A DNA stretch of 64,000 bases, filler included, from a bacterium (GCA_027063545.1; 15 parts of 15 records of this genome joined end to end with filler, not necessarily neighbours in it); one strand, 5' to 3'; shown: positions 42,305 to 54,339, counted from the first letter of the whole stretch. Translations and numbers: made by a program. Notes: generated by a model not told the origin, from the letters alone.

Positions 42305-42694
42305 CTATCTTTTAGATGATTGAAAACCTCTTCTAGCTTTAGCTCTTCCGTAGTGTTTTCTTTCAACTGTTCTAGGATCTCTTGTTAAGAATCCTTCTTC
42401 TCTTAATTTATCTCTAAAATCTTCAGATATTTGAGCTAACGCTCTAGCAATTCCATGTTTTGCTGCTTCAGCCTGTCCAGTTTCTCCGCCACCTTTAACA
42501 AATATTTTTATATCATATTTATTTCTAACGCCTAAGAATTCTAAAGGAGATACTAACATTTTTTGACGATATAAAGTAGGAATATATTCTTCAAGAGGTT
42601 GATCATTTACTGTTATTTTTCCATTTCCTTCTTGAAGATATACTCTTGCAACAGCTTCTTTTCTTCTTCCGGTTGCATAGTAGATTTGCCCCAT
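42305..42694 (-). CDS. rpsI: 30S ribosomal protein S9
   Basis: ATGRRKEAVARV, GGG.TGQ, LTRDPR.VERK, QSSKR. Confidence 0.98.
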   Translation of the reverse strand: MGQIYYATGRRKEAVARVYLQEGNGKITVNDQPLEEYIPTLYRQKMLVSPLEFLGVRNKYDIKIFVKGGGETGQAEAAKHGIARALAQISEDFRDKLREEGFLTRDPRTVERKHYGRAKARRGFQSSKR

Positions 42695-42726
42695 ATTTTT
42701 TCCTCCACTTATATTTTATTTAATTT

Positions 42727-43167
42727 TTATTTAAAATTTGCTAAATCTAAAATTTCTGGTTTTTGTGCAGCGTGTGGGTGTTTCTCGCCAGCATAAACAA
42801 ATAATTTCTTTAACATTTTTCTTCCTAATTTATTTTTAGGTAACATTCCTCTTACAGCATTAATTACAGGAAATTCTGGTTGTTTTTCCATCATTTTTCT
42901 AAAAGAGATAATTTTCTCTCCCCCTAAATAACCTGAATGTCTAAAATATGTTTTTTGTTCCCACTTTCTTCCTGTTAATTTTATTTTATCTGCATTAATT
43001 ACTATAACATAGTCTCCAGTATCTAAATATGGAGCATAATATGGTTTGTGTTTACCTTGTAATATTTTAGCTATCTTACTTGCAAGTCTTCCTAATGTTT
43101 GTCCTTTAGCATCAACTACATACCATTTACGAACAATATCCTTAGGTGTTGTTGTTTTTGTTTTCAT
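42727..43167 (-). CDS. rplM: 50S ribosomal protein L13
   Basis: WYVVDA...[32 protein letters not shown]. Confidence 0.98.
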   Translation of the reverse strand: MKTKTTTPKDIVRKWYVVDAKGQTLGRLASKIAKILQGKHKPYYAPYLDTGDYVIVINADKIKLTGRKWEQKTYFRHSGYLGGEKIISFRKMMEKQPEFPVINAVRGMLPKNKLGRKMLKKLFVYAGEKHPHAAQKPEILDLANFK

Positions 43168-43374
43168 ATTTCCTCTCTCCTTAAGTTTTCTTATTTTTTC
43201 AGGTTAAATGATTATGAAAATCGACACTATATATTAATAAAACTTTTAGGTAAAAAATATTAAAAAAAAAGAAATTAGTCAAGAAAATTTTATTTAGTTT
43301 GAAAGAGATTAAATATTTTTATATTTTAACAAAAAAAATTAAATTAAAATTTTAATTATAAAAAGGAGATAAAA

Positions 43375-44586
43375 ATGGCAAAAAAGGTTGTTTTAGCATA
43401 TTCAGGTGGACTTGATACATCTGTTATAATGAAATGGTTACAAGATGTTTATGGTTATGAAGTTATAGCAATGATAGCAGATGTAGGACAGGATGAGGAT
43501 TTAAAGAAAATAGAAGAAAAAGCGTATAAGACAGGAGCTACAAAGGTTTATGTTGAAGATTTAAGGGAGGAGTTTGTTAATAGTTATATTATACCAGCAT
43601 TAAAAATAGGGGCTATTTATGAGGATAAATATTTACTGGGTACTTCTTTGGCTAGACCTTTGATTGCCAAAAGACAGATAGAGATAGCAAAAAAAGAGGG
43701 AGCAGAAGCAGTTGCTCATGGAGCTACAGGTAAAGGAAATGATCAAGTAAGATTTGAGCTTACTTACATGGCTATAGAGCCTTCTATTAAAGTAATAGCA
43801 CCATGGAAGGATGAGAAATGGGATTTGACTTCTAGAGAGAAAATGATTGATTATGCTTTAAAAAACGGAATAGAAGTTCCTGTTACTAAAGAAAAAATAT
43901 ATTCAGAAGATGCTAATTTACTTCATATATCCCATGAAGGTGGAGAGTTAGAAGACCCTAAAAATGAACCTATGGATAGGGTCTTTACTTATTCTTTACC
44001 ATTAGAGAAAGCTTCGGATACCCCAGAGTATGTAAAAATAGATTTTAAAGAAGGAATACCTATAAAATTAAATGATAAAACTCTATCGCCTCTTGAAATT
44101 TTGATGGAATTAAATAAAATTGGAGCAAAACATGGGATTGGACAAGTTGATATGGTAGAAAATAGACTTGTAGGTATGAAATCAAGGGGAGTTTATGAAA
44201 CACCGGGTGGGACAATTCTTTATAAAGCTTATAGAGAAATAGAGGAATTAGTTTTTGATAGAGAAACTTCTCATTTTAAAAGAATTCTTTCTGATAAATA
44301 TGCTGAACTAGTTTATTATGGATTATGGTTTACCCCTCTCAGAAAAGCTATAGAAGAATTTTTTGATTATCTTCATAAAAGAACCTCAGGATGGGTAAAG
44401 TTAAAACTCTATAAGGGTAATATTATTAGTGCAGGAAAAGATTCTAAAAATAGTCTATATATAGAAGATCTTGCTTCATTTGGAGAAACAGATCTTTATG
44501 ACCATAAAGATGCTAAAGGCTTTATAAAATTATTTGGATTACCTTTAAAAGTTAGAGCTTTAAAAGGTATTGATTATGACGAATAG
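43375..44586 (+). CDS. argG: Argininosuccinate synthase
   Basis: [40 protein letters not shown]. Confidence 0.98.
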   Translation: MAKKVVLAYSGGLDTSVIMKWLQDVYGYEVIAMIADVGQDEDLKKIEEKAYKTGATKVYVEDLREEFVNSYIIPALKIGAIYEDKYLLGTSLARPLIAKRQIEIAKKEGAEAVAHGATGKGNDQVRFELTYMAIEPSIKVIAPWKDEKWDLTSREKMIDYALKNGIEVPVTKEKIYSEDANLLHISHEGGELEDPKNEPMDRVFTYSLPLEKASDTPEYVKIDFKEGIPIKLNDKTLSPLEILMELNKIGAKHGIGQVDMVENRLVGMKSRGVYETPGGTILYKAYREIEELVFDRETSHFKRILSDKYAELVYYGLWFTPLRKAIEEFFDYLHKRTSGWVKLKLYKGNIISAGKDSKNSLYIEDLASFGETDLYDHKDAKGFIKLFGLPLKVRALKGIDYDE

Positions 44587-45112
44587 ATTTGCCATTATAA
44601 CAGCTTCAGGTATAGGAAAAAGATTTGGTGGAGAGATTCCTAAACAATTTGTAAAGGTAAAAAATAGAGAAATTATATTTCATACTTTAGATAAATTTAT
44701 TCCTCTTTTAGATAATAAGTTTATAATAGAAATTGTAATTGTTGTGAATGAGAAGTTTTTAGATTTTGTTACAAAAAGAATATTTGATTTATATAATGAA
44801 GATATGTTATCAAAGATTAAAGTTATAAAGGGAGGAAAAGAAAGGTATCACTCTGTTTTTAATGGTCTTAAGTATCTTTATTATAAATATCAGAAAGGAT
44901 TAGTTGCCGTTCATGATGGAGTTAGACCTTTAATCCCTACAGAATATATAAAAGAAGGATTTAATGAAGCAGAAAAGAATGGAAGTTGTGTTTTTTATTT
45001 TAATATAGAAGAAACATTAAGAAAAAAAGAAAATTCTCATTATATTACTGTCCCCCGAGATCTATATATAAAGATTCAAACCCCTCAAATATTTGAGTTA
45101 TCTCGTCTCTAT
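44576..45112 (+). CDS. ispD: 2-C-methyl-D-erythritol 4-phosphate cytidylyltransferase (IspD/TarI family), 3'-truncated
   Basis: ASGIGKRF...[24 protein letters not shown]. Confidence 0.88.
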
Positions 45113-45214
45113 NNNNNNNNNNNNNNNNNNNNNNNNNNNNNNNNNNNNNNNNNNNNTTAATTAATTAANNNNNNNNNNNNNNNNNNNNNNNNNNNNNNNN
45201 NNNNNNNNNNNNTA

Positions 45215-46240
45215 AAAGAGTTATATTTTAATAAGATTTTAAATAAGAAGTTAAGAGTAGAAATATTAGAAGAAAAAGAGGATGAAAAATCACCACTTTC
45301 TCCGTATACAACAGATAGTCTTCTTCAAGATTCATTTTCAAAGTTAGGTTTATCAGTCCCTGAAACTATGAGACTTGCTCAAAATCTTTTTGAAGAAGGT
45401 CTTATAACTTATCATAGAACAGATTCAACAAGGGTTTCTGATACTGGAAAATATGTGGCTCAAAAATATTTAGAAGAAAACTATACTAAGGATTTATTCT
45501 ATCCAAGAACCTGGGGGGAGACAGGAGCCCATGAATGTATAAGGCCAACCCGTCCTATAGATAAGGATGATTTATTTGTAATGATAAATTCTGGAGAATA
45601 TAATATTACGGAAAAACATTTAAGATTATATGATCTTATTTTTAAAAGATTTATAGCCTCACAGACAAAAGCAGCAAAGGTTAAGATAATAAGATATTTA
45701 TTTGATTTTATTGATGCTGGTATAAAAAAAGAAGAAGAGTTAATTTCTAATATTATAGAAAAAAACTTTACTTTATTTTGGGAGATTCCTTTTTATGATA
45801 TAAAAAAGGGAGAATATATAGTTTATAGCAGTAAGAGTAAAAGTAAAAATGGAGATCTTCCTTCAGAGTATAGGGAAATCCCTTCAAAGATGCTTTATAC
45901 AGAAGGAGAACTAATAAAAGAAATGAAAGAGAAGGGATTAGGAAGGCCATCAACATACGCTACTATAATTGAAAAGTTATATGATAGAGGTTATATAACA
46001 AGAAGAGGAAATTATATTTATGTAACAGAGTTAGGAGAAAGAATATATAATCATATTTTTACTAATTATAAGGATATATCTGAATTTGTTGAAGAGGATT
46101 ATACAGCAGATTTAGAAGAATTAATGGATAAAGTTGAAGAAGGTAAAAGTAATTATCAAGAGATTATAAAAATGATTTTTGAAAATCTAACCAGTAAAAT
46201 TGATAAAAAGGAGTTAGATGCTTATGTTGAAGAAGATTAG
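45215..46240 (+). CDS. rgy: Reverse gyrase, C-terminal topoisomerase IA part, 5'-truncated
   Basis: PYTTDSLL, AQNLFEEGLITYHRTDSTRVS..G, F.PRTWGETGAHECIRPT, MKEKGLGRPSTYA. TYHRTDSTRVS, WG.xGAHECIRPT and the absence of C-terminal Zn ribbons fit Rgy rather than TopA. Confidence 0.88.
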   Translation, partial: KELYFNKILNKKLRVEILEEKEDEKSPLSPYTTDSLLQDSFSKLGLSVPETMRLAQNLFEEGLITYHRTDSTRVSDTGKYVAQKYLEENYTKDLFYPRTWGETGAHECIRPTRPIDKDDLFVMINSGEYNITEKHLRLYDLIFKRFIASQTKAAKVKIIRYLFDFIDAGIKKEEELISNIIEKNFTLFWEIPFYDIKKGEYIVYSSKSKSKNGDLPSEYREIPSKMLYTEGELIKEMKEKGLGRPSTYATIIEKLYDRGYITRRGNYIYVTELGERIYNHIFTNYKDISEFVEEDYTADLEELMDKVEEGKSNYQEIIKMIFENLTSKIDKKELDAYVEED

Positions 46241-46733
46241 TGTTCATGATATAAAAGAGAATATTTTTGAATTGATAGGGGAAAGATGGGGTGTGGTTGC
46301 TGTTAAATCAAATGATGAGAAGAATGCAATGACTATAAGTTGGGGTCTTTTTGGGTATATATGGAATAAACCAGGTGTAGAGATTTTTATACATCCTTAT
46401 AGATATACCCATAAGTTATTAGAAAATTCAGAGTATTTTACTATAAACTTTTTTTCAGCAGAGTATAAGGATAAAGTAATGTATTTTGGAACAGTTTCTG
46501 GAGAAGATGAGAATAAAATAGAAAAAAGTGGCTTATCAACTATTGAATTAGAAAATTATAATACATTTTGTTTTGAAGAAGCAAAATTAGTACTTATTTG
46601 TAAAAAACTATATATGGATACTTTTAAAAAAGATTTATTTTTATATAAAGAGGATTATATGGAAGATGAAGAACTTGGCATTTTACATAAATTCTATATT
46701 GGAGAAATTGTGGAGGTTTTATCTAGAGAATAA
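46218..46733 (+). CDS. Flavin reductase-like FMN-binding (flavoredoxin-type) protein
   Basis: NAMTISWG..G.IWNKP, RYT, GTVSG...K, HKFYIGEI. Confidence 0.88.
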   Translation: MLMLKKISVHDIKENIFELIGERWGVVAVKSNDEKNAMTISWGLFGYIWNKPGVEIFIHPYRYTHKLLENSEYFTINFFSAEYKDKVMYFGTVSGEDENKIEKSGLSTIELENYNTFCFEEAKLVLICKKLYMDTFKKDLFLYKEDYMEDEELGILHKFYIGEIVEVLSRE

Positions 46734-48306
46734 GAAAAGTATAAATTATGGAGTTCTTTTATTTTTTATTAGTTTTTTCTCTTTAATTATTACTAATAAA
46801 GATATAGGCTTAACGTGGGATGAAGAATATTATGTTCATCATTCAATTTTAATAGAAAATAGTATAAAGAGTTTAGATTTAGACTCTATAAAAAAGGCAT
46901 TTTATTATGATAGACTAAGAAATTGTCATCCACCTTTTTATAAGATAAGTGGAATTATAATAGGCGAAACTTTAGGAAAGTTATTTTTTGATAATCCGTT
47001 ATTCAAATTTAGAGTTTCTACTATTTTCTGGTCTAGTGTATTTATAATTTTTTTCTATTTTTATCTTTTATTAGCATATAAAGATCTAAAAGGTAAAGAA
47101 CTATTTGCATTTATATCTTCTTTAATAATGCTATTTATTCCACGGTTCTTTGGTCATTATCATCTTTTAACCACTGATGCTTTAGTAATGATATTTGGTT
47201 TTATTTCAATGGTGTTATTTTATTTTTATGGACATAGAAATATTTTTTTAATTTTTTCATCTTTATTTTTAGGATTTTTACTAGCAACAAAGATTACAGG
47301 TATTTTAGTATTTCCAGTTTTGATAGTTTTAGGGTTATTAGAAGAGGATAAAAAATCTTATTATAAAAGATTTACTATTTATTTGTTTTTAGGAACTATA
47401 TTTTTCATTTTATCAGATTTTTATTATCTACTAGATTTTAAAAGAGAATTAAAGTGGTATTTTTATACGGGATTTAAAAGAAATGAATTTACTTTAATTT
47501 CTACTTATTGGATGGGAAAGTTCTATTCTTATATCTATCCTCCTCGAATTTATTGGGAAAAATTATTCTATATGCTACCAGAAATAGTTATTATCTTTTT
47601 TATCTTAGGAGTATTATATATTTTATCTTTATATTATGTTAATATAAAAAAAACTTATTATAAATTTAATTATAAAGACATAAAAAAGCTAAACTTCGAA
47701 TTTATAAGTTTTTTTTTACTTTCAGTTATTTTTTCTTTACCTAATATTCAAAAACATGATGGGATTCGTCTTTTTAGTCTTGGATGGCCTTATTTAGTTT
47801 TAATATCTATTAGAGGTGTTTATTTTTTAGGAAAAATTTTAGAGGATTTAAAGATAAAGGAAAGAACCTATTGGTTATATATAATATGTTTTTATTTTGT
47901 TCTTATAATTATGGATAATTTTACAATCTCACCTTATTATCTTTCATATTATAATGAATTTATTGGAGGATTAAGAGGAGCCCAAGAAAAAGGATGTCCT
48001 ATTAGTTATTGGTATGATGCTTTAAATATTCAATTTTTAAGAGAAATTAAAAAGTTTATAGAAAAAAACGAACCAAAGGGAAGAGTTATAAGAGTTTTTT
48101 CATATCCTAATAGAGAAATTTTAATATATAATCAGTATCTTAAACTATTAACAGCGAAAAATATTATTACAACTTTTAAATTAGATAAAGCAGATTATAT
48201 ATTATATTTAAATAGGTATCCTAAAAAAGTAGAATTTTCATTTACACAAGGGACGGGTGTTATAAAAGATAATGTTCTAATAATAGGTTTTTTTAAAAAT
48301 GAATAA
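46666..48306 (+). CDS. GT-C fold (GT39/ArnT/PMT-like) membrane glycosyltransferase
   Basis: DIGLTWDE..Y, HPP, PRFFGH, LATKITG, HDGIR, PYYLSYYNE..GG; many TMs; start uncertain. Confidence 0.82.
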   Translation: MKNLAFYINSILEKLWRFYLENKKSINYGVLLFFISFFSLIITNKDIGLTWDEEYYVHHSILIENSIKSLDLDSIKKAFYYDRLRNCHPPFYKISGIIIGETLGKLFFDNPLFKFRVSTIFWSSVFIIFFYFYLLLAYKDLKGKELFAFISSLIMLFIPRFFGHYHLLTTDALVMIFGFISMVLFYFYGHRNIFLIFSSLFLGFLLATKITGILVFPVLIVLGLLEEDKKSYYKRFTIYLFLGTIFFILSDFYYLLDFKRELKWYFYTGFKRNEFTLISTYWMGKFYSYIYPPRIYWEKLFYMLPEIVIIFFILGVLYILSLYYVNIKKTYYKFNYKDIKKLNFEFISFFLLSVIFSLPNIQKHDGIRLFSLGWPYLVLISIRGVYFLGKILEDLKIKERTYWLYIICFYFVLIIMDNFTISPYYLSYYNEFIGGLRGAQEKGCPISYWYDALNIQFLREIKKFIEKNEPKGRVIRVFSYPNREILIYNQYLKLLTAKNIITTFKLDKADYILYLNRYPKKVEFSFTQGTGVIKDNVLIIGFFKNE

Positions 48307-48333
48307 TTATATACTAAAGATTTTAATACCATT

Positions 48334-48426
48334 ATGAAAATAAATAACATATATACTTATTCAATTTTTTTATTTTTAATATCTTTTATTTCATTATTTT
48401 CAACAATAAAAGATTATGGTTTTGTA
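48334..48426 (+). CDS. Start of a second GT-C paralogue, 3'-truncated
   Basis: MKINNIYTYSIFLFLISFISLFSTIKDYGFV parallels FFISFFSLIITNKDIGLT of the upstream gene. Confidence 0.55.
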
Positions 48427-48528
48427 NNNNNNNNNNNNNNNNNNNNNNNNNNNNNNNNNNNNNNNNNNNNTTAATTAATTAANNNNNNNNNNNNNNNNNN
48501 NNNNNNNNNNNNNNNNNNNNNNNNNNTA

Positions 48529-49158
48529 GGTGATTTAGTAGGTTATGGTCCAGATCCAGATAAGGTAATAGATATTATTTTAAAAGAAGATATTCCTTCA
48601 ATTATGGGTAATCATGATGAAGCTGTTATTGATATTCAAAAGTCAAATAGATTTAATGAATATGCAAAAAAAGCTGTTATTTATACATTATCAAAATTAA
48701 CAGAGGAACATAAAAGTTTTCTAGAAAGTCTTCCTTTAAAATTAATAGAGGATAAGTTTTCAATGGTTCATGCAAGTTTTTACTATCCAGATTTTTGGAA
48801 TTATGTAGATATGAGAAATGTTTATATTCAGTTTGAATATTTAGAGAATGATATTGGATTTATTGGTCATACTCATATACCAGCTGTTTATATAAAAAGT
48901 AAAAAAGAGGAAAAAATTTTTTTAGAATCCCCAAAGGAGAAGATTTATTTAGAAGATGATAAAAAGTATATTATTAATGTAGGCTCTGTTGGGCAACCCC
49001 GCGATGGAGACAAAAGAGCAAGTTTTGTTGTTTATGATGCTAAAGAAAATTGCATAGAATTTTATAGAGTTGAATATAATATTGAAAGAGTTTATGAAAA
49101 GATTAAAAAGAATAATTTACCAGATTTTTTAGGAAAAAGATTATTTGATGGGATTTAA
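48529..49158 (+). CDS. Calcineurin-like metallophosphoesterase, 5'-truncated
   Basis: GDLVGYGP, GNHD, GHTH, NVGSVGQPRDGD. Confidence 0.92.
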   Translation, partial: GDLVGYGPDPDKVIDIILKEDIPSIMGNHDEAVIDIQKSNRFNEYAKKAVIYTLSKLTEEHKSFLESLPLKLIEDKFSMVHASFYYPDFWNYVDMRNVYIQFEYLENDIGFIGHTHIPAVYIKSKKEEKIFLESPKEKIYLEDDKKYIINVGSVGQPRDGDKRASFVVYDAKENCIEFYRVEYNIERVYEKIKKNNLPDFLGKRLFDGI

Positions 49159-51708
49159 AAGTTGGGGTTTATTTTTTATTTCTATAATATTTTTGGTTTT
49201 TTCTTTTAGTAATTCTGTTTATTCCCAAAACGACAGTACTATAGTTATAGATTTTAAAGAAAAATTATATTATTTATATTATCCACCTTTATTTTGGCAA
49301 AGTCCTATTGTTTTAAATGATAATTTTATAGATTATAGTTCCTTAAAGATATTTTATAATGGATATCCTTTAAAAAAGAATAAACACTTTTTTTATAATA
49401 AGGGCGAAAATTTTCTTTTTTTTAATATAAAGGTTAAACCTCAAGATAGTGTTCTTATATACTATAAGACATTAGGTGTAAATCTAAAAAGAATCTATAC
49501 ACTTCAAGACTCTATAATTTCTGATATTATGGCAGATTTAACTTTAAAAAGAATATTTGAGGATACAAGCAAAGAGAAAGATATAAAAAAAGATACAATA
49601 AACATTTCTGGATATAAAGGATTTTATGTAGATATAAATAATAATAACTTTTACATAAACCAAGACCTTGAACTTAAAATTAAAGGTAAAGCTTCAGATT
49701 CTATATATATAAATGGTTATATGTATCAAAGAAATCTATCAGACAATACTTATATTACTGAAGAACTTGAGGATATAGATAAACTATATTTTAACATATA
49801 CACTTCTCAATGGAATATAATGTTTGGAGATATTTCAGTAAATAACTTAAATAATGACTATACGGATAAAAAACTTGATTACAGAGGAATAGAGCTTTCT
49901 TTAAACAAATTGTTTTTAAAAAATACGAAATTTTTAACACAAACAGGTTATGGATTTATCAATAAAAAATTAAATAGAAAAAAAATAGAGATATTTTATC
50001 CGATAAAAGGACCGTACTATCTAGATGAAGATAACTATATATACAAAATCAATGTATATTATAATGGAATAAAACTTAAGGAATATTCTGATTTTTATTT
50101 GAATAGAGAGGATAATTCTATATATCTAACAGATCAATTTAGATATTATCCTTATATTAATTTTATTGAGGTAGAATATTATACAATAAAAGATTATCAA
50201 GATAAATATAGAACATTTAAACTTAAAGTTTCTAAAAAATCTCGTTCAAATAAAGATATATATTTTATATGGGATAATTTTTATAATACTCCATTAGATT
50301 TTGAAAATCCTATTGTAGAGGTTTATTCTATTGATTCTTTAGATTATGGAGCATATATAAGGGAAGATAGCCATTTTAGATTTATTCCAAAGGATTCTTT
50401 GAATTTTTATCCGCCACCTTATTATAAACTAAGGTTTAAAAGAGTAGATTGGGGCGAGGGAGATTACATAATATCTGATTTTTTGTCTAATGGAGAGCCT
50501 ATTTTTTCCTATTATATAGGTGGAAATTATATAATTGATTCTTCTTATATTTCAAAAAAAGATGATCATTATATAAATATAAAGGGATATTATACAGACA
50601 AAGATAGTATTGTATATTTAGTTTTAAATCCATCGTTAAAGTATAATAATGTAGATGAAAATAAGGCTTATGCTTTTATAGGAAATTTTTATACAGACAT
50701 AAAAAAAAGAAAACTAAGAAAAAGATTAATGTTTGATAGAATACTTTTTAATATTTATCTAAATCTTCATGATAGTTTATATACTCCTATGTATGAGTTT
50801 GAAGATAAGAGTTTTTTATATAAAAATTGGAGGGTTGAGGAAGATGACTCCTTGTTTTTTTATAAAGATAGGTATTCTTTAAATGAAAAAAGTATGAGTT
50901 TTTTTCCAAGATTTAAGAATTTTGGTTATAGACTTTCTGCTGGAGACTACACAAAACATTTCTATCCAAATTTATTATACTCAATTTCTAAACTTGAGAA
51001 TTCATTTTTTCTTTATTCATCTCTAAATAATGTTATATCTTTAAATATGTATAATTACGATTATAGTTTTTTTATATATAATAAAAAGCTTCAAGAATAT
51101 TCTTTATCAGATACTTTAAAACTAAACAAGAATATGAAATTTAGTACAATACTAAAAAACACAAGAAAAACAAATTTTTTAGATGATAGTTTATTGTCAA
51201 CAGATGTATTTTCTTTAGAGCTTACAAAAAAATCTAAAAAAGATGCTTTTAGAACATATTTAACCTATAAAAAAGAAACTCTTCAAGATCAAAAAGGAGA
51301 TCTTCTATTTAAACTTGATTCATTAACCTCAATATTATCAGGATTATATTATAAAAAGAGTATAAATAAGATTGACTTTACAGTTTTTTTTGAAAGAAAT
51401 TTATTGAAGATTTATACAAATTATTATAAAATTTATAATCTAAAAAGCACTCTATCAAATAATCAGTTTAATATGGAATATAAATATAATACTAACTTCT
51501 ATTTGGTAAAAAGAGAAGTATATGTTTATGTTGGGAATCTTAGAGGAGATTGGGTATATGATTCACTTTCTTCGAACTATGTTTATGTAGGTGAATCTAA
51601 GGGGAATTATATAAAAGATTATATATATGATAGGACACTTGATAAATTTAGTTATAATAAGTCATTTTTGTTTAACTACCTTAATTATGAATTTTCTATA
51701 AGTCCATT
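49145..51708 (+). CDS. Large secreted / outer-membrane protein of unknown function, 3'-truncated
   Basis: Signal peptide; Tyr/aromatic-rich beta strands; ISGYKGF..NQDLELKIKG...TEELEDIDKLY..FGD, GPYYL and GDY motifs recall a conserved uncharacterised FCB-group envelope protein. Confidence 0.6.
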
Positions 51709-51808
51709 NNNNNNNNNNNNNNNNNNNNNNNNNNNNNNNNNNNNNNNNNNNNTTAATTAATTAANNNNNNNNNNNNNNNNNNNNNNNNNNNNNNNNNNNN
51801 NNNNNNNN

Positions 51809-52427
51809 TAATATTTTTAACTTCTTCCATCATCTCTTCATCAATATGAAGACGTCCAGCAGTGTCAACTATTACAAGATTATACCCCTTTTCTTTAGCT
51901 ATAGATATGGCTTCTTTTGCTATATTAACAGGATTTTTCTTATCACCTGTATAAACTTCTACGCCTATAGAATTACCTATAGTTTGAAGCTGCTCTATAG
52001 CAGCTGGTCTATAGACATCACAGGCTACTAATAAAGGTCTTTTCCCTCTTTTTCTGTAGAATAGGGCTAATTTACCTGCAAGGGTAGTCTTTCCAGAACC
52101 TTGAAGACCAGCAAGAAGTATTATATTAGGGGTTTTACTGGAAAAAGGTACCTCTTTTGTTGTTTCTCCTAATATTTTTACAAGTTCATCATGTATAATC
52201 TTCACAAACATCTGGCCAGGAGTTATTGATTTAATAACTTCCTGACCAATAGCTTTTTCCTTAACCTCTTTTATAAATTCTTTTACAACTTTATAGTTAA
52301 CATCTGCTTCCAAAAGAATAAATCTAATCTCTTTAACAATTTTATCAATATTATCTTCTGTAATTTTGCCTGTTCCTCTTAACTTTCTAAAAAGATTTTC
52401 AAATTTTTCTGTTAGATTATCAAACAT
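51809..52427 (-). CDS. ffh: Signal recognition particle protein Ffh, 3'-truncated
   Basis: LLEADV, GLQGSGKTT, DVYRPAA, DTAGR. Confidence 0.97.
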
Positions 52428-52563
52428 ATAAAATCCTCTTATTGCTTTTTATTATATTCCCAATCTAATTACTATACCATCGAAAAATAAAAAATTATTA
52501 TAGTTTTTCCAAATTTAAATAAATAAAGATTTTATGGGTATAAAAATTTATTTTTAAGGAGGT

Positions 52564-54339
52564 ATGGGAAAGATTGTAAAATTACCATCAGATGTTATAA
52601 ATAAAATTGCTGCGGGAGAAGTAGTTGAATCTCCAGCTTCTGTTATTAAGGAATTAGTGGAGAATTCTTTAGATGCAGGGAGTACATATATTGAAGTAGC
52701 AATAAAAGAGGCGGGACTTAAAGAAATCCGTGTATTGGATAATGGTGAAGGTATATTAAAAGAAGATGTACCTTCAACTATAGAGAGACATGCCACAAGT
52801 AAAATAAAAAGTGAAGAGGATTTATATAGAATATATTCTTATGGATTTAGAGGCGAGGCATTAGCTTCTATATCTGCTGTTAGTAATTTTATAATAGAAA
52901 CTCAACATATTTCTGAGGATCAGGGATTAAAAATTATAGCAAGTGGTGGAATTATTAGGTCTAAAGAAACAATTGTGAGAAATCATGGTACAGAGATTAT
53001 AGTAAGGGATTTATTTTTTAATCAACCTGTTAGAAAAAAATTTCTTCCAACAATAAATACGTTAAACAATAGAATATTAGAAACATTTATTAAGTTAGCC
53101 TTACCTAATTTTAATGTACATTTTAGATTTATAAGAGATGGTAAAGAAATATATAATTTATCTCCCACTTATTCATATAAGGAAAGATTTTTTCAAATAT
53201 ATCCAGAATTTGATGAAAATGATTTTCTATTTTTAGAGATAGAGGAGGAATATTATAAGTTATATGCTATTTTATCCCATCCTAGATTAACAAAACCTAA
53301 TAGAAAATATCAGTATATATTTGTAAATAAACGCTGGGTAGAGTATAAAAATTTAGGATTTATATTGAAAGAAAGTTATTTAAATATTATACCAGATAAT
53401 CGTTATCCCATAGGTTATTTATTTTTACAATTACCCCCGGATTTCATAGAAGTTAATATCCATCCTACAAAAAAAGAAATAAAATTTTACAATGAGCCAT
53501 CATTAATTAGATTTTTAATAAAAACAATAAAAAATTTTTTAAAAAATTCTGAAATTAAATTGGCAAAAGAGTATTTTGAGATTGCTGAAAACACAAATTA
53601 TTTATTTGGAAGATTGAATACTCAACCTAAGGAATTTTTAATAGATGAAGGAGAGGATTCTCAAGCAGTTCAGCAATCTTTTATTAATTTATTATTTTCA
53701 GAGGATTCTTCGGGAAAAAGTAATGAAGATTCTTTGTTTGAAGAAAAGAATATAGAAAAAAACTCTCAAATAGAATATTCACCTAAATATTTTCAAATTT
53801 TTAACAAGTTTATAGTAACTACATTAAAGGATTCTGTTATATTTATTGATCAGCATGCTGCTCATGAAAGGGTATTATATGATGAAGCAATAAAGCAGGG
53901 AAAAAATCTTAAAATTCCTTCCAAATCTCTTCTTTTCCCAGAAACAATAGAATTATCAGCTATTCAATATGAGACAGCTATTGCAAATAAAGAATATTTA
54001 GAGAAAGTAGGTTTTTATTTTAGGGAATTTTCTGGGAATACAATAATTTTAGAGTCATGTCCTGAAGTAGTAAAGGTTAATAATGCAAAAAATGTTTTTT
54101 TAGATATGTTAGATGAGCTTGTATTACCTGAGTATGTTCATCTTGATCCTATGGAAAGAATAGTTAAAACCTACTCTTGTAAAGCAGCAATTAAATTTGG
54201 AGATGTATTAAGTATTAGAGAAATGGAAGAACTTGTTATTAGGCTTTTTTCAACTACCAATCCTAGTACATGTCCTCATGGAAGACCTATTATATATACT
54301 TTATCTCTAAGTGAGTTAGAAAAAAAATTTCATAGGTGA
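52564..54339 (+). CDS. mutL: DNA mismatch repair endonuclease MutL
   Basis: IAAGEVV, KELVENSLDAG, GFRGEALASI, DQHAAHERVLYD, SCK, CPHGRP. Confidence 0.97.
   Translation: MGKIVKLPSDVINKIAAGEVVESPASVIKELVENSLDAGSTYIEVAIKEAGLKEIRVLDNGEGILKEDVPSTIERHATSKIKSEEDLYRIYSYGFRGEALASISAVSNFIIETQHISEDQGLKIIASGGIIRSKETIVRNHGTEIIVRDLFFNQPVRKKFLPTINTLNNRILETFIKLALPNFNVHFRFIRDGKEIYNLSPTYSYKERFFQIYPEFDENDFLFLEIEEEYYKLYAILSHPRLTKPNRKYQYIFVNKRWVEYKNLGFILKESYLNIIPDNRYPIGYLFLQLPPDFIEVNIHPTKKEIKFYNEPSLIRFLIKTIKNFLKNSEIKLAKEYFEIAENTNYLFGRLNTQPKEFLIDEGEDSQAVQQSFINLLFSEDSSGKSNEDSLFEEKNIEKNSQIEYSPKYFQIFNKFIVTTLKDSVIFIDQHAAHERVLYDEAIKQGKNLKIPSKSLLFPETIELSAIQYETAIANKEYLEKVGFYFREFSGNTIILESCPEVVKVNNAKNVFLDMLDELVLPEYVHLDPMERIVKTYSCKAAIKFGDVLSIREMEELVIRLFSTTNPSTCPHGRPIIYTLSLSELEKKFHR

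Noticed and set aside
42181-42366. 61-aa ORF between rpsI and rpsB
   Set aside because: It overlaps both genes and the structured rpsB leader; better explained as RNA.
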